DNA of 52,795 nt from assembly GCA_031270685.1 (NCBI GenBank), contig JAISXA010000095.1, positions 1-52,795 of the forward strand, read 5' to 3'. The notes beneath the pieces are model-generated. The model saw nothing but the letters and a program-made list of their open reading frames with translations. It was not told the DNA's origin and made no database searches. Position numbers and translations under genes: made by a program. The stretch comes from Planctomycetota bacterium. GTDB lineage: Bacteria; Planctomycetota; SZUA-567. How positions within the stretch are numbered: the stretch's first letter is position 1; every line of letters begins with the position of its first letter. Shown in pieces: positions 34,499 through 42,934 of the stretch.

Positions 34499-35425
34499 TC
34501 ATTCCTCCCCGGGCGGGAGAAACACATACCCGGGGAGCGCTTCCGGATCGGACAAATGATTCAGCCACAGCCGCCTGCCCAATACGATGCGCTTTTCCGC
34601 GGCCATGCGCTCGCGGTCGAACCAGGCCGCGTCGACGATCGACCCCGAGGTCCGCCGCGAAAAGCAGCCGCTTCCCCGAGCGGTCCCCAAATAGACGTGC
34701 AGCACCAAATGCAGATCCCGCGCCGGATCGATGCGTTCGATCACGCAGCGGTGCGCGCCGATTTCCGTCTTGAGGCCGGTTTCCTCCAGCGTCTCCCGCT
34801 CCGCGGTTTCGCGAAGCGTTTCGCCGCGCAGTTGCCCGCCGCCCGGGAGCGACCACCGCGTTCCGTCCGCGTATTCGGTGGCTACCATGAGGAGCCGATT
34901 CCGCGCGCCGGCGATCAGGGCGCAGGCGCCGCTCACGATCTTTTCCGGGTCGGCGCGGCGGATCTTCTTGACCAGCAAGGTCGTGCTCAATCCCGGCGTC
35001 AGCGGCGTGATGACGATGCGGCCCCCGTTTTCAAGGATCGCCCGCCGTTCTTCCGGGTCGAGCGATTCCTCGGCGTAATCCCCCGATTTGCTCCAGATGT
35101 CGGGTTTGAGGCGGGCGATTTCCCGGTCGCAGCGGACACCGTCGAAAAGCACGATCCGGTCCACGGAGGAGAGCGCGGTCAGCACCCCGGCGCGGTCGCC
35201 TTCCGGACAGATCGGCCTTCCCTCCCCCTTCAATTCGCGAATCGAGCGATCCGAATTCAACCCAACAACCAGCACGTCGCCAAGCCCCTTCGCATCGGCC
35301 AGCGCCCGCGCGTGGCCGGCATGAAAAAGATCGAAACAGCCGTTGGTCCAGACGACGCGCTTCCCCTCGCGGCGCCAGGCTGCCGACTCGCCGGCCATTG
35401 TATCCAAATCCACGACTTTTTCCAT
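34499..35425 (-). CDS. fusion: D-beta-D-heptose-1-phosphate adenylyltransferase (RfaE domain II / HldC-like) + Nudix hydrolase
   Basis: The N-half, VVWTNGCFDLFHAGHARALADAKGLGDVLVVGLNSDRSIRELKGEGRP, closely parallels the E. coli HldE C-domain. The C-half has a Nudix box GGGQLRGETLRETAERETLEETG. Start taken at ATG 35425, because the track start at 35467 lies in a repeat. Confidence 0.8.
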   Translation of the reverse strand: MEKVVDLDTMAGESAAWRREGKRVVWTNGCFDLFHAGHARALADAKGLGDVLVVGLNSDRSIRELKGEGRPICPEGDRAGVLTALSSVDRIVLFDGVRCDREIARLKPDIWSKSGDYAEESLDPEERRAILENGGRIVITPLTPGLSTTLLVKKIRRADPEKIVSGACALIAGARNRLLMVATEYADGTRWSLPGGGQLRGETLRETAERETLEETGLKTEIGAHRCVIERIDPARDLHLVLHVYLGTARGSGCFSRRTSGSIVDAAWFDRERMAAEKRIVLGRRLWLNHLSDPEALPGYVFLPPGEE

Positions 35426-35439
35426 GCCGCCCCATTCAA

Positions 35440-35461
35440 CTGAAGTTTTGCGAAACTCCAG
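35440..35461. mobile_element. hpMITE-A minimal 22-bp remnant (two TIR halves only)
   Basis: CTGAAGTTTTGCGAAACTCCAG flanked by a perfect ATTCAA duplication (35434-35439 and 35462-35467). Confidence 0.7.
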
Positions 35462-35468
35462 ATTCAAC

Positions 35469-35490
35469 GGTGATTTTCTTCAAAAGGACG
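35469..35490. repeat. hpMITE-B end-like fragment
   Basis: GGTGATTTTCTTCAAAAGGACG resembles GTTTGATTTTCTCCAAAAGTCCAC. Confidence 0.4.
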
Positions 35491-35604
35491 CATTCAATTT
35501 TTCGAGATAGATATTTTTTTCCCTAAACCTGTTGCGCGCACCGCTCCGCCCGCTATAATGCGGGGCAGACCTGCCATTGGCCGGCGTGGATCCTTATTGA
35601 ATTA

Positions 35605-35729
35605 TCACCAATTGGGCATTCAAACCGCCGAATGCCCAATTGGTGATAATTGCAACCCTTTCGCGCAGGCGGTTTTGATTTTTGCAAAGCGGCTATTGGC
35701 GGTTTAATCGCCGCTTTGCAAAACTTCCG
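35605..35729 (-). mobile_element. hpMITE-A copy (diverged)
   Basis: Inverted orientation. Hairpin 3 reads TCACCAATTGGGCATTC-AAACCGCC-GAATGCCCAATTGGTGA. Ends 42 nt upstream of serC. Confidence 0.75.
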
Positions 35730-35771
35730 TGTCCTTGCTCTTATTGTAGCGATTTTCCGGAAAGGAACAAC

Positions 35772-36851
35772 ATGGCTCGCATCTTCAATTTCAGCGCCGG
35801 CCCGGCGGTCCTGCCGCTGCCGGTTTTGGAACAGGCCCGGTCCGAAATGCTGGACTTCCAGGGCTCCGGCATGTCCATCATGGAGATGTCGCACCGCGGC
35901 AAAACCTATGACGCGGTCATCAAGGGCGCGGAAGCCGGCCTCCGCCGCCTGATGAATATTTCCGGCGAGTATTCCGTGCTGTTCCTTCCCGGCGGCGCCA
36001 GCCAGCAATTCGCGATGATCCCGCTCAACCTCCTCCGCCCCGGCGGATCGGCCGACTACGTCAACACCGGTTCCTGGTCCGGCAAGGCGATCAAGGAGGC
36101 GAAGATCGTCGGCAAGGTGAACGTGGTCTGGGACGGCAAGGACGAAAACTATCTCCGCGCGCCCGAAGCGGCGGAGCTGTCCTTCAGCCCCGACGCGTCC
36201 TACGTGCACATCTGCTCGAACGAGACCATCGGCGGCATCCGCTTCCGCGAATACCCCAGAACCCCGGCGCCGCTCGTCGCCGACATGTCGTCGGACATCA
36301 TGTCCAGGGCGATCGACGTCGACGGCTTCGGCTTGATCTACGCAGGCGCGCAGAAAAATCTCGGCCCGTCCGGACTCGCCGTCGTCATCCTCCGCAAGGA
36401 GCAGGCCGAGCGTGTGCCGGATACGGTCAACCTGTTCTTCCGCTACGCCACCCATATGAAGGAGCCGAGCCTCTACAACACGCCCAACACCTGGGCGGTG
36501 TACATCCTCAAGCTGATCGCCGAGTGGACGGAAAGGGAGGGCGGGCTCCCCGCCATGCAGAAACGGAACGAGGAAAAGGCGGCGCTGCTGTATCGCGAGC
36601 TCGACTCGGACGCTTTCTGGAAGCCGTGCGCCGCGAAGAAGTCGCGTTCCATTATGAACGTCACCTGGCGGCTCGGCGGCGAGGAGTTGGAAACCAGGTT
36701 CGTGAAGGAGGCCCGGGAGGCGGGCATGGACGGCCTGAAGGGGCATCGTTCCGTCGGCGGCATCCGCGCCAGCATCTACAACGCCTTCCCGGTCGAGGGC
36801 GTCGAGGCGTTGGTGGAGTTCATGAAGGAATTCAAACGGAAGAACGGCTGA
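35772..36851 (+). CDS. serC: phosphoserine aminotransferase
   Basis: MARIFNFSAGPAVLPLPVLEQA, SHRGK, and the PLP-lysine region YAGAQKNLGPSG. Start at ATG 35772. Confidence 0.95.
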   Translation: MARIFNFSAGPAVLPLPVLEQARSEMLDFQGSGMSIMEMSHRGKTYDAVIKGAEAGLRRLMNISGEYSVLFLPGGASQQFAMIPLNLLRPGGSADYVNTGSWSGKAIKEAKIVGKVNVVWDGKDENYLRAPEAAELSFSPDASYVHICSNETIGGIRFREYPRTPAPLVADMSSDIMSRAIDVDGFGLIYAGAQKNLGPSGLAVVILRKEQAERVPDTVNLFFRYATHMKEPSLYNTPNTWAVYILKLIAEWTEREGGLPAMQKRNEEKAALLYRELDSDAFWKPCAAKKSRSIMNVTWRLGGEELETRFVKEAREAGMDGLKGHRSVGGIRASIYNAFPVEGVEALVEFMKEFKRKNG

Positions 36852-36877
36852 CCCGCTTGCGAAAAAGGGAAAGCCGC

Positions 36878-37660
36878 ATGGCTGGAAAAAAGAGGGTCCA
36901 GCTCGAATTCCTCGGCACCGGCACCTCGAGCGGATTGCCGGTGCCGGGTTGCCGCTGCCGCGTGTGCAAGTCGGCGGACCCGCACGACTCGCGGATGCGT
37001 TCGAGCGTGGTCGTGCGTAACGGCCGGCGAAACATCGTGATCGACACCGGGCCGGAATTCCGCCTGCAGTGTTTGCGCGCCGACCTCGACAACGTCGACG
37101 CGGTCGTCTTCACCCATGGCCACGTGGACCACACCAGCGGCTTCGACGACATCCGCGCCTTCAGTTTTTTCAAGAACCGCACCGTCCCGGTCTTCGGCGA
37201 CGCGGGAACGCTCCGGACGCTCCGCGAACGTTTCCGCTACATCTGGCGCGCAAGGCAGCGGGGGGGCGGCCTTCCCCAGATCGAGCTGTTTGAAATCGAC
37301 GGCCCCTTCGCCGCCGCCGGCCTGGAAATGATCCCGATCCCCGTTTTTCACGGCGTTATGCCGATACTCGGTTTCCGCATCGGCGACCTCGCCTACCTCA
37401 CCGACGTTTCCGGGATCCCCGACGCCTCGCTGCCGCTGCTCGAAAACCTCGGCGCCCTCATCGTCAGTTGCGCCCGCACCCGGCCGCATGAAACGCATTT
37501 CAACCTGGCGGACGTCAAGCGCCTCTCCCGCGCATTGAAGCCGGGGCGCACCCTGGTCACCCATATCGCGCACTATTTCAGCCACCGCGACCTGGTCGCC
37601 GCCCTTCCCGCCGCCGCCAATCCCGCCTACGACGGGCTTCGCGTCGACATCGAGGTTTGA
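36878..37660 (+). CDS. MBL-fold metallo-hydrolase (PhnP/GPP-like)
   Basis: LEFLGTGTSSGLPVPGCRCRVC and the metal motif THGHVDH. Start at ATG 36878, 26 nt after serC. Confidence 0.8.
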   Translation: MAGKKRVQLEFLGTGTSSGLPVPGCRCRVCKSADPHDSRMRSSVVVRNGRRNIVIDTGPEFRLQCLRADLDNVDAVVFTHGHVDHTSGFDDIRAFSFFKNRTVPVFGDAGTLRTLRERFRYIWRARQRGGGLPQIELFEIDGPFAAAGLEMIPIPVFHGVMPILGFRIGDLAYLTDVSGIPDASLPLLENLGALIVSCARTRPHETHFNLADVKRLSRALKPGRTLVTHIAHYFSHRDLVAALPAAANPAYDGLRVDIEV

Positions 37661-37731
37661 CGCGGCTCGTTTCGCGGTGGCTTTTGAAGCTGCCGGCCGG
37701 CCCGGGCGGGGCGTGGGAACCCCCGGCGGCG

Positions 37732-38769
37732 CTACGGATTGACGATGACTTTCAGCCCCTCGCGGGATTCGTGGTAATTGAAGGCTTCCTGGACCTGGTC
37801 GAGCGGGAAGGTCTTCGAGATGTAAGCCTGGGCGTTGACGAACCCGCCGGCGATCAGGTCCACCGCGAGCCGGTGGTGGCGCGGCAGCGAGCCGTGGCTG
37901 CCCATGACGTAGCATTCCTTGTAATGGATCAGGTTCGAGTCGATGGTCAACGGCGGCTGGTTTTTCAACCCGCCGAAGAGGTTGACATAGCCGCGATGCC
38001 CCACCATCCCGATCGCGTCCACGTGGGACTGGACGGTTCCGGCGGTGGTGACGACGCAGTCGACGCCGTCGCCGTCCGTCTCCCGCATCACCACTTCGAC
38101 CGGATCCTCGGTCCCGGAGGCGATGAAACGCGCACCCGGCAGGAAGGGTTTGGCCATTTCCAGCCGTTTCCTCGAGCGCTGCGCCGCCCATACCTTGCGC
38201 GTGCCGTACACCTTGGACAGTTCGAGCATCATGCAGCCGATCGGCCCGAGCCCGATGACGCACAGGGACTTGCCGAGGGAGAAGTTCGCCAGTTCGAGTC
38301 CGTTGACCGCGCAGGCGAGGGGTTCGGCGATCGCGGCCTGGTCGTAGCTCATGGAATCGGGAATCCTGGTGACCGGGCCGTAGCCGAGGATGGTCTCGTT
38401 CAGGACCATGATTTCCTGAAAGCCGCCGGCGAACTGGTAGCCGATCGCATAGTTGATCCTGCAGTTCGTGCCCATGCCGTTCCGGCACCAGCGGCATTTT
38501 CCGCAGGGGACGTCGGCGCCCAGCGCGACCCGGTCGCCCACCTTGACCTGGTTGACGTTCTTGCCGACCTGGATGATTTCGCCGGCGATTTCGTGACCCA
38601 TGACGGCGGGGAATTTCACCCTGTCGTTGCCGAAATGGTAGATGCGGATGTCCGAACCGCAAACGGCGCAGGCGCGCACCCGGAGAAGCGCCTCGTTGTC
38701 CCCGCAGACCGGTTCCGGCGTCTCCTTGACCACAATCCTGTTCAATGCTTCCAGCACCGCGGCTTTCAT
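37732..38769 (-). CDS. zinc-dependent alcohol/polyol dehydrogenase (MDR family)
   Basis: CAVCGSDIR, GHEIAGE, the structural-zinc Cys cluster CGKCRWC, and the Rossmann motif VIGLGPIG. Confidence 0.85.
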   Translation of the reverse strand: MKAAVLEALNRIVVKETPEPVCGDNEALLRVRACAVCGSDIRIYHFGNDRVKFPAVMGHEIAGEIIQVGKNVNQVKVGDRVALGADVPCGKCRWCRNGMGTNCRINYAIGYQFAGGFQEIMVLNETILGYGPVTRIPDSMSYDQAAIAEPLACAVNGLELANFSLGKSLCVIGLGPIGCMMLELSKVYGTRKVWAAQRSRKRLEMAKPFLPGARFIASGTEDPVEVVMRETDGDGVDCVVTTAGTVQSHVDAIGMVGHRGYVNLFGGLKNQPPLTIDSNLIHYKECYVMGSHGSLPRHHRLAVDLIAGGFVNAQAYISKTFPLDQVQEAFNYHESREGLKVIVNP

Positions 38770-38854
38770 GTCGTCTCCTCGTCGCTAACCATGGGAATTG
38801 AAAAGTGCGGCCGTATTCATGAAATAGGCTCCGTTCGCCCCAGTATACACCCGC

Positions 38855-39526
38855 TCACTCCTTGGCGTCCAGCGACAATACCTCGAACACCGACGCCTTG
38901 AGGTCGGGCAGGACCTCCATCATGCCATGCCTGCGGCCGGTGAGCGTCTCGAGGCTGGCCACCGACCCCTCTTCTTCGCGGATGCCGCAGGGATGCATGA
39001 AAGCGGTGAAGTGCGAAATGTCGGGATGGATGTTCAGGGCGAAGCCGTGCCAGGCGATCCATCGGCTCACGGCGACGCCGACCGCAGCCACCTTGCCCCG
39101 GCCCACCCAGACCCCGGTCAGGCCCTTGCGGCGGGTTCCGGCTATGCCGCGCCGGGAAAGGAAGGCGATGGCGCATTCCTCGAGCAGGCGCAAATAGCGG
39201 TGCAGATCCTTGCCGTACCACGCGAGGCGCAGAATCGGATAGACCGTCCATTGCCCGGGGCCATGGTAGGCGACGTCGCCCCCGCGGCCGGCGCGGCGGT
39301 AGGCGATGCCGTTCCCGGCGAGCGTCTCCGGATCGACCAGCAGGTTCGACCCGTCCCCGGATCGGCCGCAGGTTATGACCGGTTGGTGTTCCACAAACAG
39401 CACCGCGCCCGGTTGGTCGGGGTTGCGCGCCATGGCGTCGAGATGCGACCGCTGCCGCGCCTCGGCGTCCGGATAAGGGACGCCGCGCAGAACGATCGCG
39501 TCCACCGTGTTTTTCCGTCGAATCAT
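38855..39526 (-). CDS. lipB: octanoyltransferase (lipoyl(octanoyl) transferase)
   Basis: FVEHQPVITCGRSG, RGGDVAYHGPGQ, KVAAVGV, HGFALN, and the catalytic PCG. Start at ATG 39526. Confidence 0.9.
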   Translation of the reverse strand: MIRRKNTVDAIVLRGVPYPDAEARQRSHLDAMARNPDQPGAVLFVEHQPVITCGRSGDGSNLLVDPETLAGNGIAYRRAGRGGDVAYHGPGQWTVYPILRLAWYGKDLHRYLRLLEECAIAFLSRRGIAGTRRKGLTGVWVGRGKVAAVGVAVSRWIAWHGFALNIHPDISHFTAFMHPCGIREEEGSVASLETLTGRRHGMMEVLPDLKASVFEVLSLDAKE

Positions 39527-39578
39527 GAGCTCAATATGGGCGCCGCGCCGCATTCTGTCAAGAAGGGGCGGCCCGGGC

Positions 39579-40898
39579 TCATTGCCCCGACCCCCACAGC
39601 CGCACCGGTTTGGAGCCGGGATAGTAGAGGGCGAGGATGTCGAGGAAGCCGTAGCCGAGCTTGTCGGCGGCGAAGGCGGCGCCGTTCTGGCACAGGCCGA
39701 CGCCGTGCCCCCAGCCAAGTCCGGAGAAAGTGATGCGCGCCTCGCCGCCGCCGTCGATGGTCAGGTAGGTGCTGGAAAGGTTTTTCCGGTCCGCGCCCAT
39801 GGCCATGCGGAATTCGTTGGCGGGGATGCGCAGGGTGGCGCCGCTTCCCCCGGCGAGCGTGATCTCGATCGTCACCGCCCTCCCCAAGCGGCGTCCCATG
39901 GGGTTGCCGTTCTGGTCGAGCGCCTGGAGGTTGCGGATTTCCCCGCCCTGTTTGAACCGCCCGGCCTTGCGCAGGCGGGCGGCGATCTCCTGGCGGCTGT
40001 AGGTTGCGCTCCAGGCGGTCGGTTTGTTGGCGGGGTTCGCGCAGCGCGGACAGCGGACGCCGGAAAGCGCGAGGATGGGGGTTTTGGTGAAGACCAGGCG
40101 CGCGTCGGCGGTGAAGCCGCCGCATTCCGAATGGAAAAACGTCTTGATGAGCGCGTTCTTTTCGGTGACCACGATGCCCTGCGTGGAATCGACCGCCCTC
40201 CTGACCGGCGGCTCCACCGCCATCGAGGGTCGCCACACCTGGGAGCGCGTGCCAGCGTGGACGTCGTATTCCTCGTTGTGGCGGCTGCGGATCTCGAAAT
40301 AGGCATAGGTGCGGCTGGCGACCGCCTGGGCGCGGAGCGCCTCCAGCGGCCAGCTGGTCGGAACCTCGCCGGCGACAACGCCATACAGGTATTCCTCGAG
40401 GGGAAGGCGCGCCAGAATGCGCACCTTCGGCTTGCGTTCGCCGCCCTGGTAGACATGGACGGCGTAGAGCTCGATCTCGTGCGGCAAACTGAGGTTCACG
40501 TCTTGCGACCCGTTTTTCCAGGAAAGGCGCAGCGGTTGCGAGCCAAGGGGTCGGATGCGGGTCCGGACGTAATGATCGGCGCCGACCTTGATGCCGTTGC
40601 CGGTGGGGCTGACGTCCACGGCGACGGACTGGGTGAATTCCCCCTCCCGCGTCGCCATGCCCATGGTCACCGCGCGCATATGCACTTTCCCGTTGAGGGT
40701 CAGGGTCGCATAGTCGAGCGCGTCGGCGATCAGCACCCGGATCCCGGGCTGGCCGGCGCGCGAGGGCATGTTCGCCGCCAGCAACTCGTTGCGGCTGGCG
40801 GCGAGGTCGAAATCGTCGGGAGCGTCCCGGAAGGCGATATGGTAAAAGCCGAATCCAAGGGCGGCCAGAAAAATGAGTTTTATGAGCCAGCGCGCCAT
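39579..40898 (-). CDS. SpoIID/LytB-domain protein (amidase enhancer-like)
   Basis: EEYLYGVVAGEVP, ALRAQAVASRTYA, FHSECGG, and GHGVGLCQNGA. Confidence 0.85.
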   Translation of the reverse strand: MARWLIKLIFLAALGFGFYHIAFRDAPDDFDLAASRNELLAANMPSRAGQPGIRVLIADALDYATLTLNGKVHMRAVTMGMATREGEFTQSVAVDVSPTGNGIKVGADHYVRTRIRPLGSQPLRLSWKNGSQDVNLSLPHEIELYAVHVYQGGERKPKVRILARLPLEEYLYGVVAGEVPTSWPLEALRAQAVASRTYAYFEIRSRHNEEYDVHAGTRSQVWRPSMAVEPPVRRAVDSTQGIVVTEKNALIKTFFHSECGGFTADARLVFTKTPILALSGVRCPRCANPANKPTAWSATYSRQEIAARLRKAGRFKQGGEIRNLQALDQNGNPMGRRLGRAVTIEITLAGGSGATLRIPANEFRMAMGADRKNLSSTYLTIDGGGEARITFSGLGWGHGVGLCQNGAAFAADKLGYGFLDILALYYPGSKPVRLWGSGQ

Positions 40899-40912
40899 GC
40901 GGACACTTCCAC

Positions 40913-40984
40913 CTGAAGTTTTGCGAATTGGGCATTCAAACTGCGGTTTGTTTGATTTTCTCCAAAAGTCAACTCAAAGTCCAC
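40913..40984. mobile_element. hpMITE-A / hpMITE-B chimera
   Basis: The A-type TIR and one hairpin-3 arm (CTGAAGTTTTGCGAATTGGGCATTCAAAC) are joined within the loop motif (TGCGGTTT) to a B-type hairpin-A arm and TIR (GTTTGATTTTCTCCAAAAGTCAAC). Confidence 0.7.
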
Positions 40985-40995
40985 CGTAAGGATAT

Positions 40996-41619
40996 TCAGC
41001 CTGCGCCGTTCGCCCTCGCGCCCGGCGGGGGATAGAGGTGCTTGCCGGTATGGCGATAGCGTTCCGCCTCCGAAAAGACGCATCCGCAATACTGTTGGCG
41101 GTATATTCCCTTGAGTTCGCTTTCCGCCGGCCTGGCGCGGCTAAAATCGGCGGTCAGAAATTCCAGGTCGAACCTGTCCGCGACTTCCCTGCCGGCATCG
41201 AGAATCAGCTCCCGGCTTTGTTCCCGGCTGGCGAGAAGAGTCGTTGTAAACGCTTCCCGGCCGCGCGCCTTGAACCTTTCGGCCGCCCGCGACAGCCGGA
41301 GAAGATAACAGCGGCGGCAGCGGTCACGGCGGTTTCTTGGCAAACCGCCATCCGCAACCATGGCCGCCAGCCAGGATTCCAGGCCGTATTCGTCATCAAT
41401 TTCCGATTCGAGGCGATTCCTTTCAAGATAAATCCGCAACGCCTTGACCCGGCGGCGAAACTCGATAAGGGGATGAATGTTGGGATTGAAGAAAAACAGT
41501 TCCCCCGGAGCGGGGATTCCCTCTCCCGCCCGCAGCGTCTCCAAGGTTCCAGAGAGGCAGGGGGCGCAACACACGTGCAAACCGATGTTCCCGGTCGACG
41601 GGGAAATGGACGGATTCAT
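40996..41619 (-). CDS. queH: epoxyqueuosine reductase QueH (DUF208)
   Basis: LHVCCAPC N-terminal cluster, CRRCY, and C-terminal YRQQYCGC. Confidence 0.85.
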   Translation of the reverse strand: MNPSISPSTGNIGLHVCCAPCLSGTLETLRAGEGIPAPGELFFFNPNIHPLIEFRRRVKALRIYLERNRLESEIDDEYGLESWLAAMVADGGLPRNRRDRCRRCYLLRLSRAAERFKARGREAFTTTLLASREQSRELILDAGREVADRFDLEFLTADFSRARPAESELKGIYRQQYCGCVFSEAERYRHTGKHLYPPPGARANGAG

Positions 41620-41882
41620 ATTATCGACTTTTGAAGAAAATCGACGAAAAGATGCAAGAAAAAAATATTTTTCATTTTTTGCCGAAGGAGGGGATACGGA
41701 TCCCGACAGATGTTTAATGAAGCGGAAAGAATAAAACTCCTTCTCCCAACCCCCGGCAGGAACTCCTCCTCCTTCCCCTTCCGGGGGTCGCTTTTAAAAC
41801 GCCGAAAGGCGCTTTGAAAATAGAGACAGGGTGAGGTTGCAAATCCCATTACCCATCCCCGTGGGCCTTCCCCCAGGCCCTA

Positions 41883-41921
41883 GCGGTTCAACCCCTCCCC
41901 CGGTTGAACCGCTTTTTTTTT
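41883..41921 (+). terminator. intrinsic terminator with no annotated upstream plus-strand gene
   Basis: GCGGTTCAACC-CCTCCCCC-GGTTGAACCGC followed by T9. Confidence 0.7.
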
Positions 41922-42097
41922 GTTTCCGCTTGTCCTAGTGCTCCGCAAAGTCAAAATCTTCGATTTGGACTTTGCGGGGAGTGTCCCCGGTTCATCCAGC
42001 TTCCGCCTCCGTGGAAGTGAATTCCCCTTCGGCATCGGAGGTCGATTTCGGAACGGATGGACTTCGGCACTCGCAAGGTTAGCCTTTTCAGAGCACT

Positions 42098-42177
42098 AGA
42101 ATTATTGCAAGGTCGGCGGGATCGCCCGACCTTACGAAAATCAACCCATTGGTCCGTAAGCGGTGGCATCTTTGGAG
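42098..42177 (+). repeat. hpMITE-B central module only (both end hairpins missing)
   Basis: AGAATTATTGCAAGGTCGGCGGGATCGCCCGACCTTACGAAAATCAACCCATTGGTCCGTAAGCGGTGGCATCTTTGGAG aligns to the centre of the 27936-28133 copy. Confidence 0.7.
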
Positions 42178-42234
42178 TCAGGACAATTCTTGAAATTTTC
42201 TCCCCAAGAAATCCTCCGGGAGTCGATTTTTTCG

Positions 42235-42540
42235 TCATCGGGTAACGCCGCGTCGACTCCCCTTTCTATCCATGACAAAATCCCCCATCAGCAACGCCAA
42301 TTCCCTGTGCTTCCGCTCCCTTATCTCCCGGAACTTCGCCGCGCCCACCTTATCCACCACGAAATCCCGGAACGCCCTGGGCATATCGCCCAGGCTGACC
42401 GGTTCCTTGCCGTCCGTGAACGCCGCCGCCTTCGCCAGGCGGCCCAAACCCTGCCCGAATCAAGCGTCCATGCCCAGCTTCACCGCGCGGCCGACCTTGA
42501 ACTCTTTCCTGGCAGCCAACGAGTCCGCCTATTCGGATAG
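42235..42540 (-). pseudogene. possible gene remnant with in-frame stop
   Basis: The reading ADSLAARKEFKVGRAVKLGMDA*FGQGLGRLAKAAAFTDGKEPVSLGDMPRAFRDFVVDKVGAAKFREIRERKHRELALL has protein-like composition but is interrupted by TGA. No family recognised. Confidence 0.25.
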
Positions 42541-42544
42541 GCTC

Positions 42545-42898
42545 TTAACCGGCCGGATAATTCTCGATCTCGACCTTGTCCTTCTCCTGGTAGGGCGCGA
42601 GCGTCGCCACCATCTTCACCGGCTTGCCGGAGACGTTCCTGAGGTAGTGTTTTTCATCCGGCTCGATGTGGATGAAATCGCCCTTCTTCAAGGGATGGAC
42701 GACGCCGTCGACAATGATCTCGACCTCGCCCTCCAGGACGAAGAAGTTTTCCTCCATCACCTTGTGGTAGTGGGCCTTGAAATCCTGCCCCGCCTGGAAT
42801 TGCACCACCGCGAAATTCATCCGCGGGCCGACCATAAGGTATTTCGGGCCGTTGTCGCCGTTGCGGTACTCGCGCTCGCTCTCGTTCAGAATGAACAT
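42545..42898 (-). CDS. cupin-domain protein (paralog 2)
   Basis: Cupin motifs AHYHKVMEE (HxH...E) and GDFIHIEPDEKHYLRN. About 60 % identical by eye to the upstream paralog. Confidence 0.8.
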   Translation of the reverse strand: MFILNESEREYRNGDNGPKYLMVGPRMNFAVVQFQAGQDFKAHYHKVMEENFFVLEGEVEIIVDGVVHPLKKGDFIHIEPDEKHYLRNVSGKPVKMVATLAPYQEKDKVEIENYPAG

Positions 42899-42934
42899 GC
42901 CTTCCTCCGTTCCCGCGCCGTCCAGTCAATCCGT

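Noticed and set aside
41477-41734. An 85-aa plus-strand ORF and a 34-codon ATG ORF (41710 onward) as the coding content of the transcript ending at the 41883-41921 terminator.
   Set aside because: The first is mostly antisense to queH. The second has its only Shine-Dalgarno-like sequence 20 nt upstream and a low-complexity product. A non-coding RNA is the more economical reading, and even that is only a candidate.
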